A stretch of 64,000 nt of DNA from Verrucomicrobiota bacterium (GCA_039818205.1 JBCBUK010000003.1:320001-384000), one strand, 5' to 3'. Counted from the first letter of the stretch, positions 20,357-32,857 are shown. A program made the numbers and translations. Notes: generated by a model from the letters alone, not told the origin.

Positions 20357-20965
20357 ATGGCTCGTTATACCGGACCAACCACTCGCATCAATCGTCGTTT
20401 CGGACAGGCGATCTTCGCTCCGAACAAGGCGTTTGAACGCAAGCCTTACTTGCCTGGGCAACATGGCCCACGCTTGCGCCGCAAATCTTCCGACTATTCG
20501 ATCGGCCTGAACGAGAAGCAGAAGCTTCGTTTCATGTTCGGATTGACCGAGAAGCAATTCCGTCTCACTTTCGCAAAGGCGAAGGCCCAGCGTGGGGTTA
20601 CTGGTGAGATCTTCCTGCGTTTCTTAGAAATGCGCCTGGATAATGTGGTCTATCGCCTCGGTTTGGCGAAAAGCCGCCCAGCAGCACGCCAATTTGTCAA
20701 TCACGGCCACATTAAGGTCAACGGCCACAAGGTCGACATTCCTAGCTATTCGATTAAGCCCGGCGACATTGTCGAGGTGCGTGACCGCACTTCCTCTCGC
20801 CAACTGGCCACTCGGTGTCTCGAGGAGACTCAGTTCCGTGCAGTTCCTGCATGGATGTCAATGGAACGCGATGCTATTCGCGGAACCATCAGCCGTGAGC
20901 CAACCACCGACGAGATGGAGCAAGACGTTAATCTCCAGATCATCGTTGAATACTATAGCCGATAA
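20357..20965 (+). CDS. rpsD: 30S ribosomal protein S4
   Basis: MARYTGP, PGQHG, LEMRLDNVVYRLG, ARQFVNHGHI, VEYYSR. Confidence 0.99.
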   Translation: MARYTGPTTRINRRFGQAIFAPNKAFERKPYLPGQHGPRLRRKSSDYSIGLNEKQKLRFMFGLTEKQFRLTFAKAKAQRGVTGEIFLRFLEMRLDNVVYRLGLAKSRPAARQFVNHGHIKVNGHKVDIPSYSIKPGDIVEVRDRTSSRQLATRCLEETQFRAVPAWMSMERDAIRGTISREPTTDEMEQDVNLQIIVEYYSR

Positions 20966-20973
20966 TTCCTGTC

Positions 20974-21000
20974 ACGGGGGTTCAGTTGAGCCTCCGTTTT
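20974..21000 (+). terminator. Intrinsic terminator-like hairpin between rpsD and rpoA
   Basis: ACGGGGGTTCA/TGAGCCTCCGT stem followed by a short T run. Confidence 0.55.
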
Positions 21001-21046
21001 ATCACAATTTCGCCCGCGGCCAAACTAACCACTTAAATCGGAAGCA

Positions 21047-22093
21047 ATGAGTACTGTCGAAGAAGCACCAGCCACCGACAATCAATTTAACTCGCGCACC
21101 AAGCGACTCGGCAAATTTGAATTGCCGAAGCGTCTCGTCAAGGACGAGGCAACAGCCAGCGATACATATGCGGTCTTCACTGCTGAGCCATTTGAAACCG
21201 GCTACGGCCACACTATAGGCAACAGTCTCCGCCGCATTCTTTTGAGTTCAATCGAAGGTGCAGCTTTTAGTTCGGTCAAGATCGACGGTGTCGACCACGA
21301 GTTCCAATCCCTGGAAGGCGTTGTTGAGGATATCACCGATATCGTTCTGAACTTGAAGAAGGTCCTGTTGGTTTCTCACAAGCGTGAACCTTTGAAGCTT
21401 CTGTTGGATGTTAACAAGGAAGGCGCAATCACTGCAGGTGACATCAAGCCAGATTCCAATGTTGAGATTCTGAATCCAGACCAGATCATTTGCACCCTCG
21501 ATAAACCACAGCGTTTCTTGGCTGAGTTTGAGGTTCGCGTTGGTCGTGGTTACGCAACAGCGGAGCAGAACAAACCGGAGGAGCAACTCATCGGTTTGAT
21601 TCCAATCGACTCACTTTTCAGCCCAGTTCGCCTCGTTAAATATAGCGTGGAGCAAACGCGGGTTGGTCAGATGACTGACTACGATAAGATGATTCTGGAA
21701 GTGACCACCGATGGTCGCGTAACTCCGGATGAAGCGTTGAAGGAATCTGCAGCTATCTTGCGCCACCACCTGGACGTCTTCGACCAAGTTAGCCGTGAGG
21801 CGGTTGAGTTCGAACACGAATCCAAGGAAATCAGCGAAGAACAAAACCGTTTGCGTAAGTTGCTCAATATGAGCGTGAACGAAATCGAACTTTCTGTCCG
21901 CGCAGCAAACTGCCTCAACAACGCGAATATCACGACTGTTGGTGAGCTGGCGATGAAGTCTGAGCAAGAAATGCTCAAGTATCGCAACTTCGGTAAGAAG
22001 TCGCTCAATGAAATTAAAGCCAAGCTCGAGCAGCTTGGATTGTCCCTGGGAATGAAGCTGGACGAGCGTTTGCTCGAGAAAATCGGCGACTAA
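21047..22093 (+). CDS. rpoA: DNA-directed RNA polymerase subunit alpha
   Basis: EPFETGYGHTIGNSLRRILLSS, ELSVRAANCL, RNFGKKSLNEI. Confidence 0.99.
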   Translation: MSTVEEAPATDNQFNSRTKRLGKFELPKRLVKDEATASDTYAVFTAEPFETGYGHTIGNSLRRILLSSIEGAAFSSVKIDGVDHEFQSLEGVVEDITDIVLNLKKVLLVSHKREPLKLLLDVNKEGAITAGDIKPDSNVEILNPDQIICTLDKPQRFLAEFEVRVGRGYATAEQNKPEEQLIGLIPIDSLFSPVRLVKYSVEQTRVGQMTDYDKMILEVTTDGRVTPDEALKESAAILRHHLDVFDQVSREAVEFEHESKEISEEQNRLRKLLNMSVNEIELSVRAANCLNNANITTVGELAMKSEQEMLKYRNFGKKSLNEIKAKLEQLGLSLGMKLDERLLEKIGD

Positions 22094-22132
22094 CCCGATC
22101 AAAACTTAGAACCATATTAATATTTAAGGACC

Positions 22133-22684
22133 ATGCGTCACCGTAAGCATCGTCACCAACTCGGAGTCACGAAAGAGCACCGCCAGGCGCTCATGAGCAA
22201 CCTTGCTGCTGCGCTCTTCCGTCACGGCCGAATTGAAACCACCCTGGCAAAAGCAAAGGCACTTCGTCCATTTGCGGAGAAGATCATCACGCTCGCCAAG
22301 AAGGCAGCGGCTACTGATGATGTTACCCGTAAGTTGCACTACCGTCGTATTGCTTTGGCTCGCGTTCGCGACAAGGCTGCGATCAAGCTTTTGTTCGATG
22401 AGCGCGCGTCCGAATTCTCGGAGCGCACTGGTGGTTACATCCGGATTTACAAGTTGATCCCTCGTGCCAGCGATGGTGCACCCATGGGTATCGTTGAGCT
22501 GATCGATGGAAGCGACGAAGGCTACACCAAGCCAAAGCGTAACCGCAAGCCATCGAAGAAAGCAAAGACGGAGAAGGTTGAAGAAACCGAAGCTCCAGCA
22601 GAAGCGGTAAGTGCAGAGCCAGAAGCATCGGCAGAAGCTGAAGCAACGGCCGAGGACGCGCCAGCCGACGAGAATAAAGACTAA
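22133..22684 (+). CDS. rplQ: 50S ribosomal protein L17 with acidic C-terminal tail
   Basis: MRHRK, IETTLAKAKALR, GGYIRIYK, RASDGAPM. Confidence 0.99.
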   Translation: MRHRKHRHQLGVTKEHRQALMSNLAAALFRHGRIETTLAKAKALRPFAEKIITLAKKAAATDDVTRKLHYRRIALARVRDKAAIKLLFDERASEFSERTGGYIRIYKLIPRASDGAPMGIVELIDGSDEGYTKPKRNRKPSKKAKTEKVEETEAPAEAVSAEPEASAEAEATAEDAPADENKD

Positions 22685-22715
22685 TCGACTTTTCGAAGTT
22701 TCCCGTTCACGGATC

Positions 22716-22751
22716 GGCGCGCACCTGCCAGCAGGGCGCGCCATCTTGTTT
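22716..22751 (+). terminator. Hairpin ending the alpha operon
   Basis: GGCGCGC-a-CCTGC-ca-GCAGG-GCGCGCC then ATCTTGTTT. Confidence 0.55.
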
Positions 22752-22780
22752 AAATTTGGGCATGATTGGCCAACAGTTAG

Positions 22781-23014
22781 ATGATTGATATTGGATTTTC
22801 TTGGTTTGCTTTGCTCTATGTGGCAGCCGGATTGCTTACAGTATTCGGACTCTGGCTCTACTATGACTGGCGAGACAAGAACATCTATGAGAAGGAGCGC
22901 GCCCGGGTTGCGTTTCACTGTATTAAGTGCGGCCAGGTTTATTCCGAACGAAAGCAAGCAGAGTTAGCCGATTGTCCCAGTTGCGGTTTTAAAAACCAGA
23001 AGCTAAAATTTTAA
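22781..23014 (+). CDS. Small membrane protein with C-terminal CxxC...CxxC zinc ribbon
   Basis: One TM helix, then FHCIKCGQVY...CPSCGFKN. 30 nt upstream of guaA. Confidence 0.8.
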   Translation: MIDIGFSWFALLYVAAGLLTVFGLWLYYDWRDKNIYEKERARVAFHCIKCGQVYSERKQAELADCPSCGFKNQKLKF

Positions 23015-23044
23015 CTGATTTAACCCACACACTACTTTCAAGTT

Positions 23045-24586
23045 ATGTCTCAACAGACACTCGCTGTTCTCGATTTCGGATCTCAATACACCCAGGTAAT
23101 TGCACGGCGCATTCGTGAGTGCCAAGTTTACTCGCGGATCTATCCCTACAATGTTTCTGCGAAAGAATTGGAGGCTGATGGTGTGTGTGGGATTATCTTG
23201 TCCGGTGGCCCGAGTAGCGTGTTGGCGAAGAAGGCTCCGTTGCCTGACAAGAGACTCTTCGAGCTCGGCGTTCCGGTCCTCGGTATTTGCTATGGTGTCC
23301 AGTTGATGGGCAAGCTACTCGGTGGCGAAGTCGCGCGGAGCGATCGCCGGGAATATGGCCGTGGCGAGATGACCATTAAAAAAAAGGGCGCCTTGTTGAG
23401 AGGCCTTCCGAAGAGCTTACAGGTTTGGAATTCCCACGGTGATAAGCTGACCAAGATCCCCGCAGGCTTTGAAGTAATTGCCTTTACTGAAAACAGCGAA
23501 AACTCGGTTATCGCTGATGAAACTCGCAAATTTTACGGCATCCAGTTTCACCCGGAAGTTCACCACTCCGAGCGAGGTATCGACATTCTGAAGAACTTTT
23601 TGTTCGGCATTTGCAAGTGCAAGGATGACTGGAAGATGGCCAACTACATTGAAATGGCCACGGAGTCGATTCGCCAACAAGTGGGCGACAAGCGTGTGAT
23701 TTTGGGACTCAGCGGAGGGGTTGATTCATCTGTTGCTGCCGCGTTGATTCACCGGGCGATTGGTAGTCAACTCACCTGTGTGTTTGTCGATAATGGCCTG
23801 CTGCGTAAGAACGAGCGTAAGCGCGTCGAAGACGTTTTCCGCGATCACTTCCACGTGGATTTAAGAGTCGTCAAGGCCGGTGCCCGTTTCTTGAAAGCGT
23901 TGAAGGGCGTTTCTGATCCGGAGCGTAAGCGTAAGATTATCGGCAAGGTCTTCATCGACGTATTCGAAGATTCGATCAAAAAGATTGGCGAGGTGGATTT
24001 CCTGGCCCAAGGAACTCTTTATCCCGACGTAATCGAGAGTGTTGCGATCGATGGAAATCCGGCGGCGTTGATTAAGAGCCACCACAATGTAGGGGGTCTA
24101 CCAAAGCGTATGCGCCTCAAGCTGCTCGAGCCATTGCGTGAACTCTTTAAGGATGAGGTTCGCCGATTGGGCGAAGAACTTGGATTGCCCAAAGAGATGA
24201 TCTGGCGCCACCCATTCCCAGGACCCGGTCTCGGTGTTCGCGTGATGGGTCCGATCAAAAAGAAGTTTTTGCAGATTCTGAAGGAAGCCGACGCGATCCT
24301 ACTTGAAGAGATGAAGCGGACTGGTTTTTACGACAAGACCTGGCAGGCTTTTTGCGTTTTCTTGCCGGTGCGAACGGTTGGTGTAATGGGCGATGAGCGC
24401 ACCTATGACTACGTCATCGCGTTGCGGATCGTCGAGAGTCAGGATGCAATGACAGCTGACTGGGCCCACATTCCTCATGATGTACTCGGGTTAATTTCCA
24501 ATCGGATCATCAACGAGGTTGAGGGCGTCAATCGAGTCGTGCTAGATATTAGCTCGAAGCCGCCGAGCACCATTGAGTGGGAATAG
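23045..24586 (+). CDS. guaA: GMP synthase (glutamine-hydrolysing)
   Basis: [46 protein letters not shown]. Confidence 0.99.
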   Translation: MSQQTLAVLDFGSQYTQVIARRIRECQVYSRIYPYNVSAKELEADGVCGIILSGGPSSVLAKKAPLPDKRLFELGVPVLGICYGVQLMGKLLGGEVARSDRREYGRGEMTIKKKGALLRGLPKSLQVWNSHGDKLTKIPAGFEVIAFTENSENSVIADETRKFYGIQFHPEVHHSERGIDILKNFLFGICKCKDDWKMANYIEMATESIRQQVGDKRVILGLSGGVDSSVAAALIHRAIGSQLTCVFVDNGLLRKNERKRVEDVFRDHFHVDLRVVKAGARFLKALKGVSDPERKRKIIGKVFIDVFEDSIKKIGEVDFLAQGTLYPDVIESVAIDGNPAALIKSHHNVGGLPKRMRLKLLEPLRELFKDEVRRLGEELGLPKEMIWRHPFPGPGLGVRVMGPIKKKFLQILKEADAILLEEMKRTGFYDKTWQAFCVFLPVRTVGVMGDERTYDYVIALRIVESQDAMTADWAHIPHDVLGLISNRIINEVEGVNRVVLDISSKPPSTIEWE

Positions 24587-24588
24587 TC

Positions 24589-25362
24589 CTAGGCTTTTCG
24601 AAGCGCCCGCATGATTTCCTGGTGAAGAAAGGGATGCGCGGCGACCGCGGATGAGGTGTCTTCGAGTTTGGGTTTGCCACCCTGCCAATCGGTGATCACG
24701 ACCCCGGCTCCACGCATTACGGGCACGAGCGGAAGCAGATCCCAAGGGGCGAGAATCGGATCCATCATGATGTCAGCCCGTCCGGTGGCAACGAGCAGGT
24801 AGCCATAGCAATCACCCCAGGTTCGCCGAAGGTAGACAGATTGGACTAACTTTTTGAGGCCCGGAATGTCATCGGTTAGCTCGATGAGGTTGGGATCAGT
24901 GGTCAACATCACTGCCCGGCCGATGTCCATCTGCGGCCGTGCGCTTACCGGTTTACCATTCAGTGTGGTGGTTTGGTTGTCGCCAAGCGCGAGCTGGCGC
25001 AAAATTGGTTGGTTGATTACTCCGACAATCGGTTCACCCTTGTGCAGCAAGCCAATCAGCGTTCCAAAAAGCGGAACATGCGACATGAACGACTTCGTGC
25101 CGTCAATTGGATCCAGGATCCACACAAACTCAGCATCCTCATTCTCATTGCCGTATTCCTCGGCGATGATTCCGTGCTCAGGATAGCGTTTATTGATCAT
25201 GCGGCGCATTACTGCCTCGGCGTCGCGATCGGCTCGGGTGACTGGGGTGTCGTCGGATTTAAAGGTCAGGCCGATGTCGTCCTCGTCCCAAATTTCACGA
25301 ATGAGTTGCCCGCTAATTTCTGCCAATTCGGTGGCAAAATTTTTAAATTCGCTGAGATCCAT
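24589..25362 (-). CDS. hisN: Inositol monophosphatase family, probable histidinol-phosphate phosphatase (HisN-type)
   Basis: KSDDTPVTRAD, WILDPIDGTKSF, GDCYGYLLVATG, PWD. Start probably 25362 (alternative 25383). Confidence 0.8.
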   Translation of the reverse strand: MDLSEFKNFATELAEISGQLIREIWDEDDIGLTFKSDDTPVTRADRDAEAVMRRMINKRYPEHGIIAEEYGNENEDAEFVWILDPIDGTKSFMSHVPLFGTLIGLLHKGEPIVGVINQPILRQLALGDNQTTTLNGKPVSARPQMDIGRAVMLTTDPNLIELTDDIPGLKKLVQSVYLRRTWGDCYGYLLVATGRADIMMDPILAPWDLLPLVPVMRGAGVVITDWQGGKPKLEDTSSAVAAHPFLHQEIMRALRKA

Positions 25363-25448
25363 TCGTTGCAGGCTATGAATCATTGAGCGTAAATCACGCA
25401 CAAAGCGAAAAGGTTGCACAAGTTTGACAGGTTAGATTAGTTGTAGGC

Positions 25449-26117
25449 GTGGATAATTGGCGAGAGATTCCCATCTATGTGATCGACTTTGAAGGATGCC
25501 CGCGCACCGGTGTCATCGAGTATGGGGTGGTTGAACTGCGGGATGGTGAGATTGAGTCCTGCCATACGCGGCTATGTGCGCCGCAGGGTTCCATTGATGA
25601 GCGCGAGGCCCGGCTTCATGGTATTCGCCAGCAGGATACCGATGGCTGCACGCCTTTTTCTGATGAGTGGGAGCAATTTCGCTCCTGGCGATCGGCTGGC
25701 GTTTTTGGCGCGCACCATGCACTCATTGAGCACGGACTTTTGAAGCGGCATTGGTGCTATCCCTCAAACTCTCCCGACTATTTGCGAGGCGGAGAAATAG
25801 TTGATTGGGGCCCGTGGATCGATACTCGCCGCTTGTACGAGAATGTTTACCCGGGGCTCGAGACCTACCAATTGATGTCGCTTGTAGATAACTTTGGAAT
25901 GCAAAGTGAGCTTGATTGCATGGTCGATAGATTTTGTCCCGAAGGGCGCCGGCGCGCCCATTGTGCGCTCTATGATGCTTTGGCATCGGTGGTGCTTTTA
26001 GTTCGGCTGTGTAAGGAGCCGGGATATGAAGAGGTATCGATCAAGTGGTTACTTGAACACAGCCTGTCTTCAGCAGAAAAGAAACAGGCCGCCCGTCAAG
26101 GCGACCTGTTTGAGTAG
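25449..26117 (+). CDS. DEDDh 3'-5' exonuclease (DnaQ-like)
   Basis: ExoI VIDFE, WIDT, ExoIII HCALYDA. GTG start. Confidence 0.85.
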   Translation: MDNWREIPIYVIDFEGCPRTGVIEYGVVELRDGEIESCHTRLCAPQGSIDEREARLHGIRQQDTDGCTPFSDEWEQFRSWRSAGVFGAHHALIEHGLLKRHWCYPSNSPDYLRGGEIVDWGPWIDTRRLYENVYPGLETYQLMSLVDNFGMQSELDCMVDRFCPEGRRRAHCALYDALASVVLLVRLCKEPGYEEVSIKWLLEHSLSSAEKKQAARQGDLFE

Positions 26118-26168
26118 GGATTGTATCGTTTTTTCGGGTAGAAACTGCCGATACGGCAGAAATCGTTT

Positions 26169-28610
26169 TTACTCTTCGTCGTCTACCTCAGCATCGTCGA
26201 CTTCAACGACTCGGCAAATGCCAACGAGTTTATCGTCATTGGCAAGGTTGATCAGGCGAACCCCTTGAGTGGTGCGGCCGATGACGCGAACGTCCTTGAC
26301 TGGACTGCGAACCGCTTGCCCACCCACGGTGAACATCATGATCTCGTCTTCCTCATGGACGCTCAATGCACCGGCGACTTTCGAAGCGGTCTTTAAGGCA
26401 ATGATACCGGAACCACCACGGCTTTGTGTGCGGTATTCCGAATATTCGGTGCGCTTGCCGATGCCATTTTCTCCAGCAATGAGTAGCGTCGCATTGGAGT
26501 CGACAACTTCGATTGCCTTAACTACGTCATCGTCTTTCTTGAGCGTGACGCCTTTGACTCCTCGGGTCGCGCGACCTTGGTCACGTAGGTCGGTTTCAGG
26601 GAAGCGAATCGACATGCCTTCACGAGTCACGATGACCAACTCGTTCTCGCCAGAGGTCAGCTTCGAACCAATGAGTTCATCATCGTCGTCAATTTTAATG
26701 CCGATGGTGCCGCCCTTGCGGTAGTTTTGATATTCTGAAAGGTTGGTCTTCTTAACGATTCCCTTCTTGGTGCACATGACCAAGTGGAAGTTGTCGGTAA
26801 ACTCTTTGATGCAAATCATCGAAGCGATGCGCTCGTCCTTTTGCATTTGGAGAACGTTGACGATCGACCGGCCCTTGGACGTTCGAGTGCCTTCCGGGAT
26901 TTCGTAGACCTTTTCCACGTAGACGCGACCATTGTTCATGAAGAACATGATGTAATCGTGGGTTGAGGCTGTGAACAGGTGCTCGACAAAGTCCTCGTCG
27001 TGTTGGCCGCTGCCAATGACACCCTTGCCGCCGCGCTTTTGTGAGCGATAACTGCTAACGGGAGTGCGCTTGACGAAGCCCTTGTGCGAGATCGTGATGA
27101 TGCAGCCTTCGTTGGCGATCACGTCTTCCATACGGAATTCACCTTCGGCCGCGATCAGTTGTGTTCGGCGTGGGTTCTCAAACTTTTCGGTAAGTTCGTT
27201 GAGCTCATCTTTGATGACGCCAAGCAGAATGCTCTCATTGTCGAGGATCGACTTGTAGTATTCGATCTTCGCCATGATCTCGCGGTATTCTGCCTCAATT
27301 TTTTCGCGCTCCAGTCCAGTCAACTGGTAAAGGCGCATGTCGAGGATCGCGTTGGTTTGGCGCTCGCTCAGCGGATATTTTGCCATCAACTTTTCGCGCG
27401 CTTCGTCGCGATTCTTCGATGCGCGAATGATTTTCACAAAGTCATCAAGATTGCTCAGGGCGATCTTGTAGCCTTCGAGGATGTGAGCACGGTCTTCGGC
27501 CTTGCGGAGAAGGAATTGGGTCCGACGGTAGATGACATCGCGGCGATGCTCGATAAAGCACTCGAGCATTTCTTTGATGTTCATCTGCTTTGGCCGGCGT
27601 TCGTCCAGTGCGAGCAGGATGACGCCGAAGGATGATTCAAAAGGCGTATGCTTGGCGATCTTGTTGATCACAACGCGGCCTGGCTCACCCCGTTTGAGCT
27701 CGATTACGATACGGGTGTTCTCGTCGGATTCGTCGCGCAGGTCGCTGATCTCATCGAGGACCTTCTCGTGAACTAAGCTTGCAATCTTAGTTACTAGGTT
27801 CGCGCGATTGACGTTGTAAGGAATCTCGGTGATTACGATCTGTTCCTTGCCGTTCTTGAGCTCTTCGGTGTGGGCCGTTCCTTTAATGCGAACAATCCCA
27901 CGTCCGGTGCGCATGTACTGGTCGATTCCCTTGCGACCTGCAATGGTGCCGCCGGTTGGGAAGTCGGGGCCGGGGAGCACTTGCATGAGATCATCAACGG
28001 TGCAATTTGGCTGGTTGATGATCATGTTGATGGCCGCGGTCAACTCCGTTAGGTTGTGCGGAGGAATGTTGGTGGTCATACCGACTGCAATTCCGGTGGA
28101 ACCATTCATCAGGAGGTTAGGCAAACCGCTGGGAACCACACTGGGCTCGGTGGTTGACTCCTTGTAGTTTGGGACGAAGTCAACGGTGTCCTTGTCGATG
28201 TCCCGCATGAGCTCCTCAGCAATGGCGGTCAGGCGACACTCGGTATAACGATAAGCCGCAGGCGGGTCACCGTCGACGGAACCAAAGTTTCCTTGAGGGT
28301 CGATCAGCGGGTAGCGCATGACCCAACGTTGACCCATCCGCACGAGGGCATCGTAGACGGACATGTCACCGTGAGGGTGATAGTTCTTCAACACTTCGCC
28401 AACCACGCCGGCGCATTTGTCGAAGGAGCGGTTGTGCAGGAGACCTTCCTGCTGCATCGCGTAGAGGACGCGGCGTTGAACCGGCTTTAAGCCGTCGCGG
28501 GCATCGGGAAGTGCTCGGGAGACGATAACCGACATCGAATAGTCGATGTAGGCGTTCTCCATGATATCGGTAATTGAGCGTGCTTCCAGGCGTTCTTTAT
28601 CAGTATACAT
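26169..28610 (-). CDS. gyrA: DNA gyrase subunit A
   Basis: RALPDARDGLKPVQRR, YHPHGD, AAYRYTE, GyrA-box QKRGGKG, beta-pinwheel repeats. Confidence 0.98.
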   Translation of the reverse strand: MYTDKERLEARSITDIMENAYIDYSMSVIVSRALPDARDGLKPVQRRVLYAMQQEGLLHNRSFDKCAGVVGEVLKNYHPHGDMSVYDALVRMGQRWVMRYPLIDPQGNFGSVDGDPPAAYRYTECRLTAIAEELMRDIDKDTVDFVPNYKESTTEPSVVPSGLPNLLMNGSTGIAVGMTTNIPPHNLTELTAAINMIINQPNCTVDDLMQVLPGPDFPTGGTIAGRKGIDQYMRTGRGIVRIKGTAHTEELKNGKEQIVITEIPYNVNRANLVTKIASLVHEKVLDEISDLRDESDENTRIVIELKRGEPGRVVINKIAKHTPFESSFGVILLALDERRPKQMNIKEMLECFIEHRRDVIYRRTQFLLRKAEDRAHILEGYKIALSNLDDFVKIIRASKNRDEAREKLMAKYPLSERQTNAILDMRLYQLTGLEREKIEAEYREIMAKIEYYKSILDNESILLGVIKDELNELTEKFENPRRTQLIAAEGEFRMEDVIANEGCIITISHKGFVKRTPVSSYRSQKRGGKGVIGSGQHDEDFVEHLFTASTHDYIMFFMNNGRVYVEKVYEIPEGTRTSKGRSIVNVLQMQKDERIASMICIKEFTDNFHLVMCTKKGIVKKTNLSEYQNYRKGGTIGIKIDDDDELIGSKLTSGENELVIVTREGMSIRFPETDLRDQGRATRGVKGVTLKKDDDVVKAIEVVDSNATLLIAGENGIGKRTEYSEYRTQSRGGSGIIALKTASKVAGALSVHEEDEIMMFTVGGQAVRSPVKDVRVIGRTTQGVRLINLANDDKLVGICRVVEVDDAEVDDEE

Positions 28611-28688
28611 TGGTATTCAAAATAGTTCTTCGGGTAGTCGGTTTGAAGACCCCTCGATAAGAGTTTTTCGATCGGAGTGGCTACGCGC

Positions 28689-31538
<2,850 letters not shown>

Positions 31539-31602
31539 TTAACTACCAGGCGTTTTGGAAGCGCCTGCTCTTCCTATAAATCAATAACTCGTTACCATCA
31601 AT

Positions 31603-31875
31603 ATGAGCCAACACCACCTCGAACACAGCGACGTTCTTCGCGTCATCGGACAGTCCCATAAAAGCTTTGATGATGCGGTCAGCAGCGCCCTTCAGCAGCT
31701 TGCTAGCCCGAGCCATGGACACAACCATCACCCAAACCTAACCTTCCAGTCGTTTGAGGTGGTTAAGCTCGGAGGATACTTGCACCACGATAAAGACGGT
31801 AAATCCTGCGCGGTGACCCATTTTAGCGCGACGATCGACGTCGTAGCCGTCCACGATCACAGCGACGGGGAGTAG
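31603..31875 (+). CDS. Histidine-rich dodecin-like protein
   Basis: VIGQS..SFDDAVSSAL...FEVV.LGG...F.ATIDV follows the dodecin pattern. 13 His in 90 aa. Followed by a terminator. Confidence 0.7.
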   Translation: MSQHHLEHSDVLRVIGQSHKSFDDAVSSALQQLASPSHGHNHHPNLTFQSFEVVKLGGYLHHDKDGKSCAVTHFSATIDVVAVHDHSDGE

Positions 31876-31913
31876 GTGCCGGCTTGAGGCGCCCACCTCG
31901 GGTGGTCACTGTT

Positions 31914-31944
31914 ATGGCGTGGCGGATATGCCGCGCCATTTTTT
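31914..31944 (+). terminator. Intrinsic terminator after the dodecin-like gene
   Basis: ATGGCGTGGC-ggatat-GCCGCGCCAT followed by TTTTT. Confidence 0.75.
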
Positions 31945-32029
31945 CGAGGATCTCAGCTGGTAGCCAGTGACGGGAAAGAGGCACTCGCACCGTCACAACA
32001 AACGTCGAGTTGGGTGAATCAGCTAACGC

Positions 32030-32605
32030 CTAGTGACCGCTCTTACAGGACTTGCAGCGGCAGAGATTGCTCACATGGGTGCCGACAAGGAAAAGCCCAC
32101 CCAGAGTGGTCAGGATACTGGCCATTGGAAAATTCAGTTTCCACTCGCCTGTTTCGGTTGTTTGGACCGATGGACAGCAGACCTCGCTGCAGCCACTGTC
32201 TGCACCTTGTGCTTGCGGTACCGATCCGCCCGAAATTAACGCGTGTTCCCCGAGGCCTGACGGGCTTGAGGCGTTCTCAAGCGATGGTACGATCGCACCA
32301 GCCAGCACGAACCCAATGCCGAGTACACCGAGCAGGACCATGCTTCTACGGCGTGTTTTCTCGTAGCCTTTGACCATCATGATTGCCGCTACTGGGATCA
32401 CAAACGCCGCCATGACCCAATGGGTCATGGGGTTGGACCAAGCTTTGCCGAACGCGGGTGCCATAAGGAGGAGGATTGGAGTGACCGCGCAATGAACGGC
32501 GCAGAGGGCTGAAGCCACAATGCCGATTTTATCACCGTTTCCTTTGAATGGCTCTTCGGTGGATCCTGCCGGTGGACTCACGAAAATCGTTCTAACTAAG
32601 CTCAT
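32030..32605 (-). CDS. MerC-domain membrane protein with Cys-rich loop and tail
   Basis: DKIGIVASALCAVHCAVTP MerC-type N-terminal motif, about 4 TM helices, CSEVCCP loop, HVSNLCRCKSCKSGH end. Confidence 0.8.
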   Translation of the reverse strand: MSLVRTIFVSPPAGSTEEPFKGNGDKIGIVASALCAVHCAVTPILLLMAPAFGKAWSNPMTHWVMAAFVIPVAAIMMVKGYEKTRRRSMVLLGVLGIGFVLAGAIVPSLENASSPSGLGEHALISGGSVPQAQGADSGCSEVCCPSVQTTETGEWKLNFPMASILTTLGGLFLVGTHVSNLCRCKSCKSGH

Positions 32606-32635
32606 TAGCGAAACAGAGAATGTTGCTTGTACACT

Positions 32636-32656
32636 TAATGCAAGTCTTTTGCATTA
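32636..32656. promoter_or_regulatory. Perfect 8-5-8 inverted repeat, candidate Fur/Zur-family operator
   Basis: TAATGCAA-gtctt-TTGCATTA, 30 nt upstream of the MerC-domain start codon. Confidence 0.6.
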
Positions 32657-32857
32657 GTGCTGGGTTGTTTTTGTAGATGTCCATTGGGGCTGTCGATTTG
32701 CATGGGATCCCGGTATGCCGTCGGGAGTCTTCTGGCGCGAATTTTGCATCCTCTATTGCAAAATCAGTGGGCGTGAGCTGCCGCCAATGGATTCAATTTT
32801 TCTAGTCTGGATCCTTTTCGTTGCCAAAGTTAGGTAAACGACCCAACTTAAGTAGTA

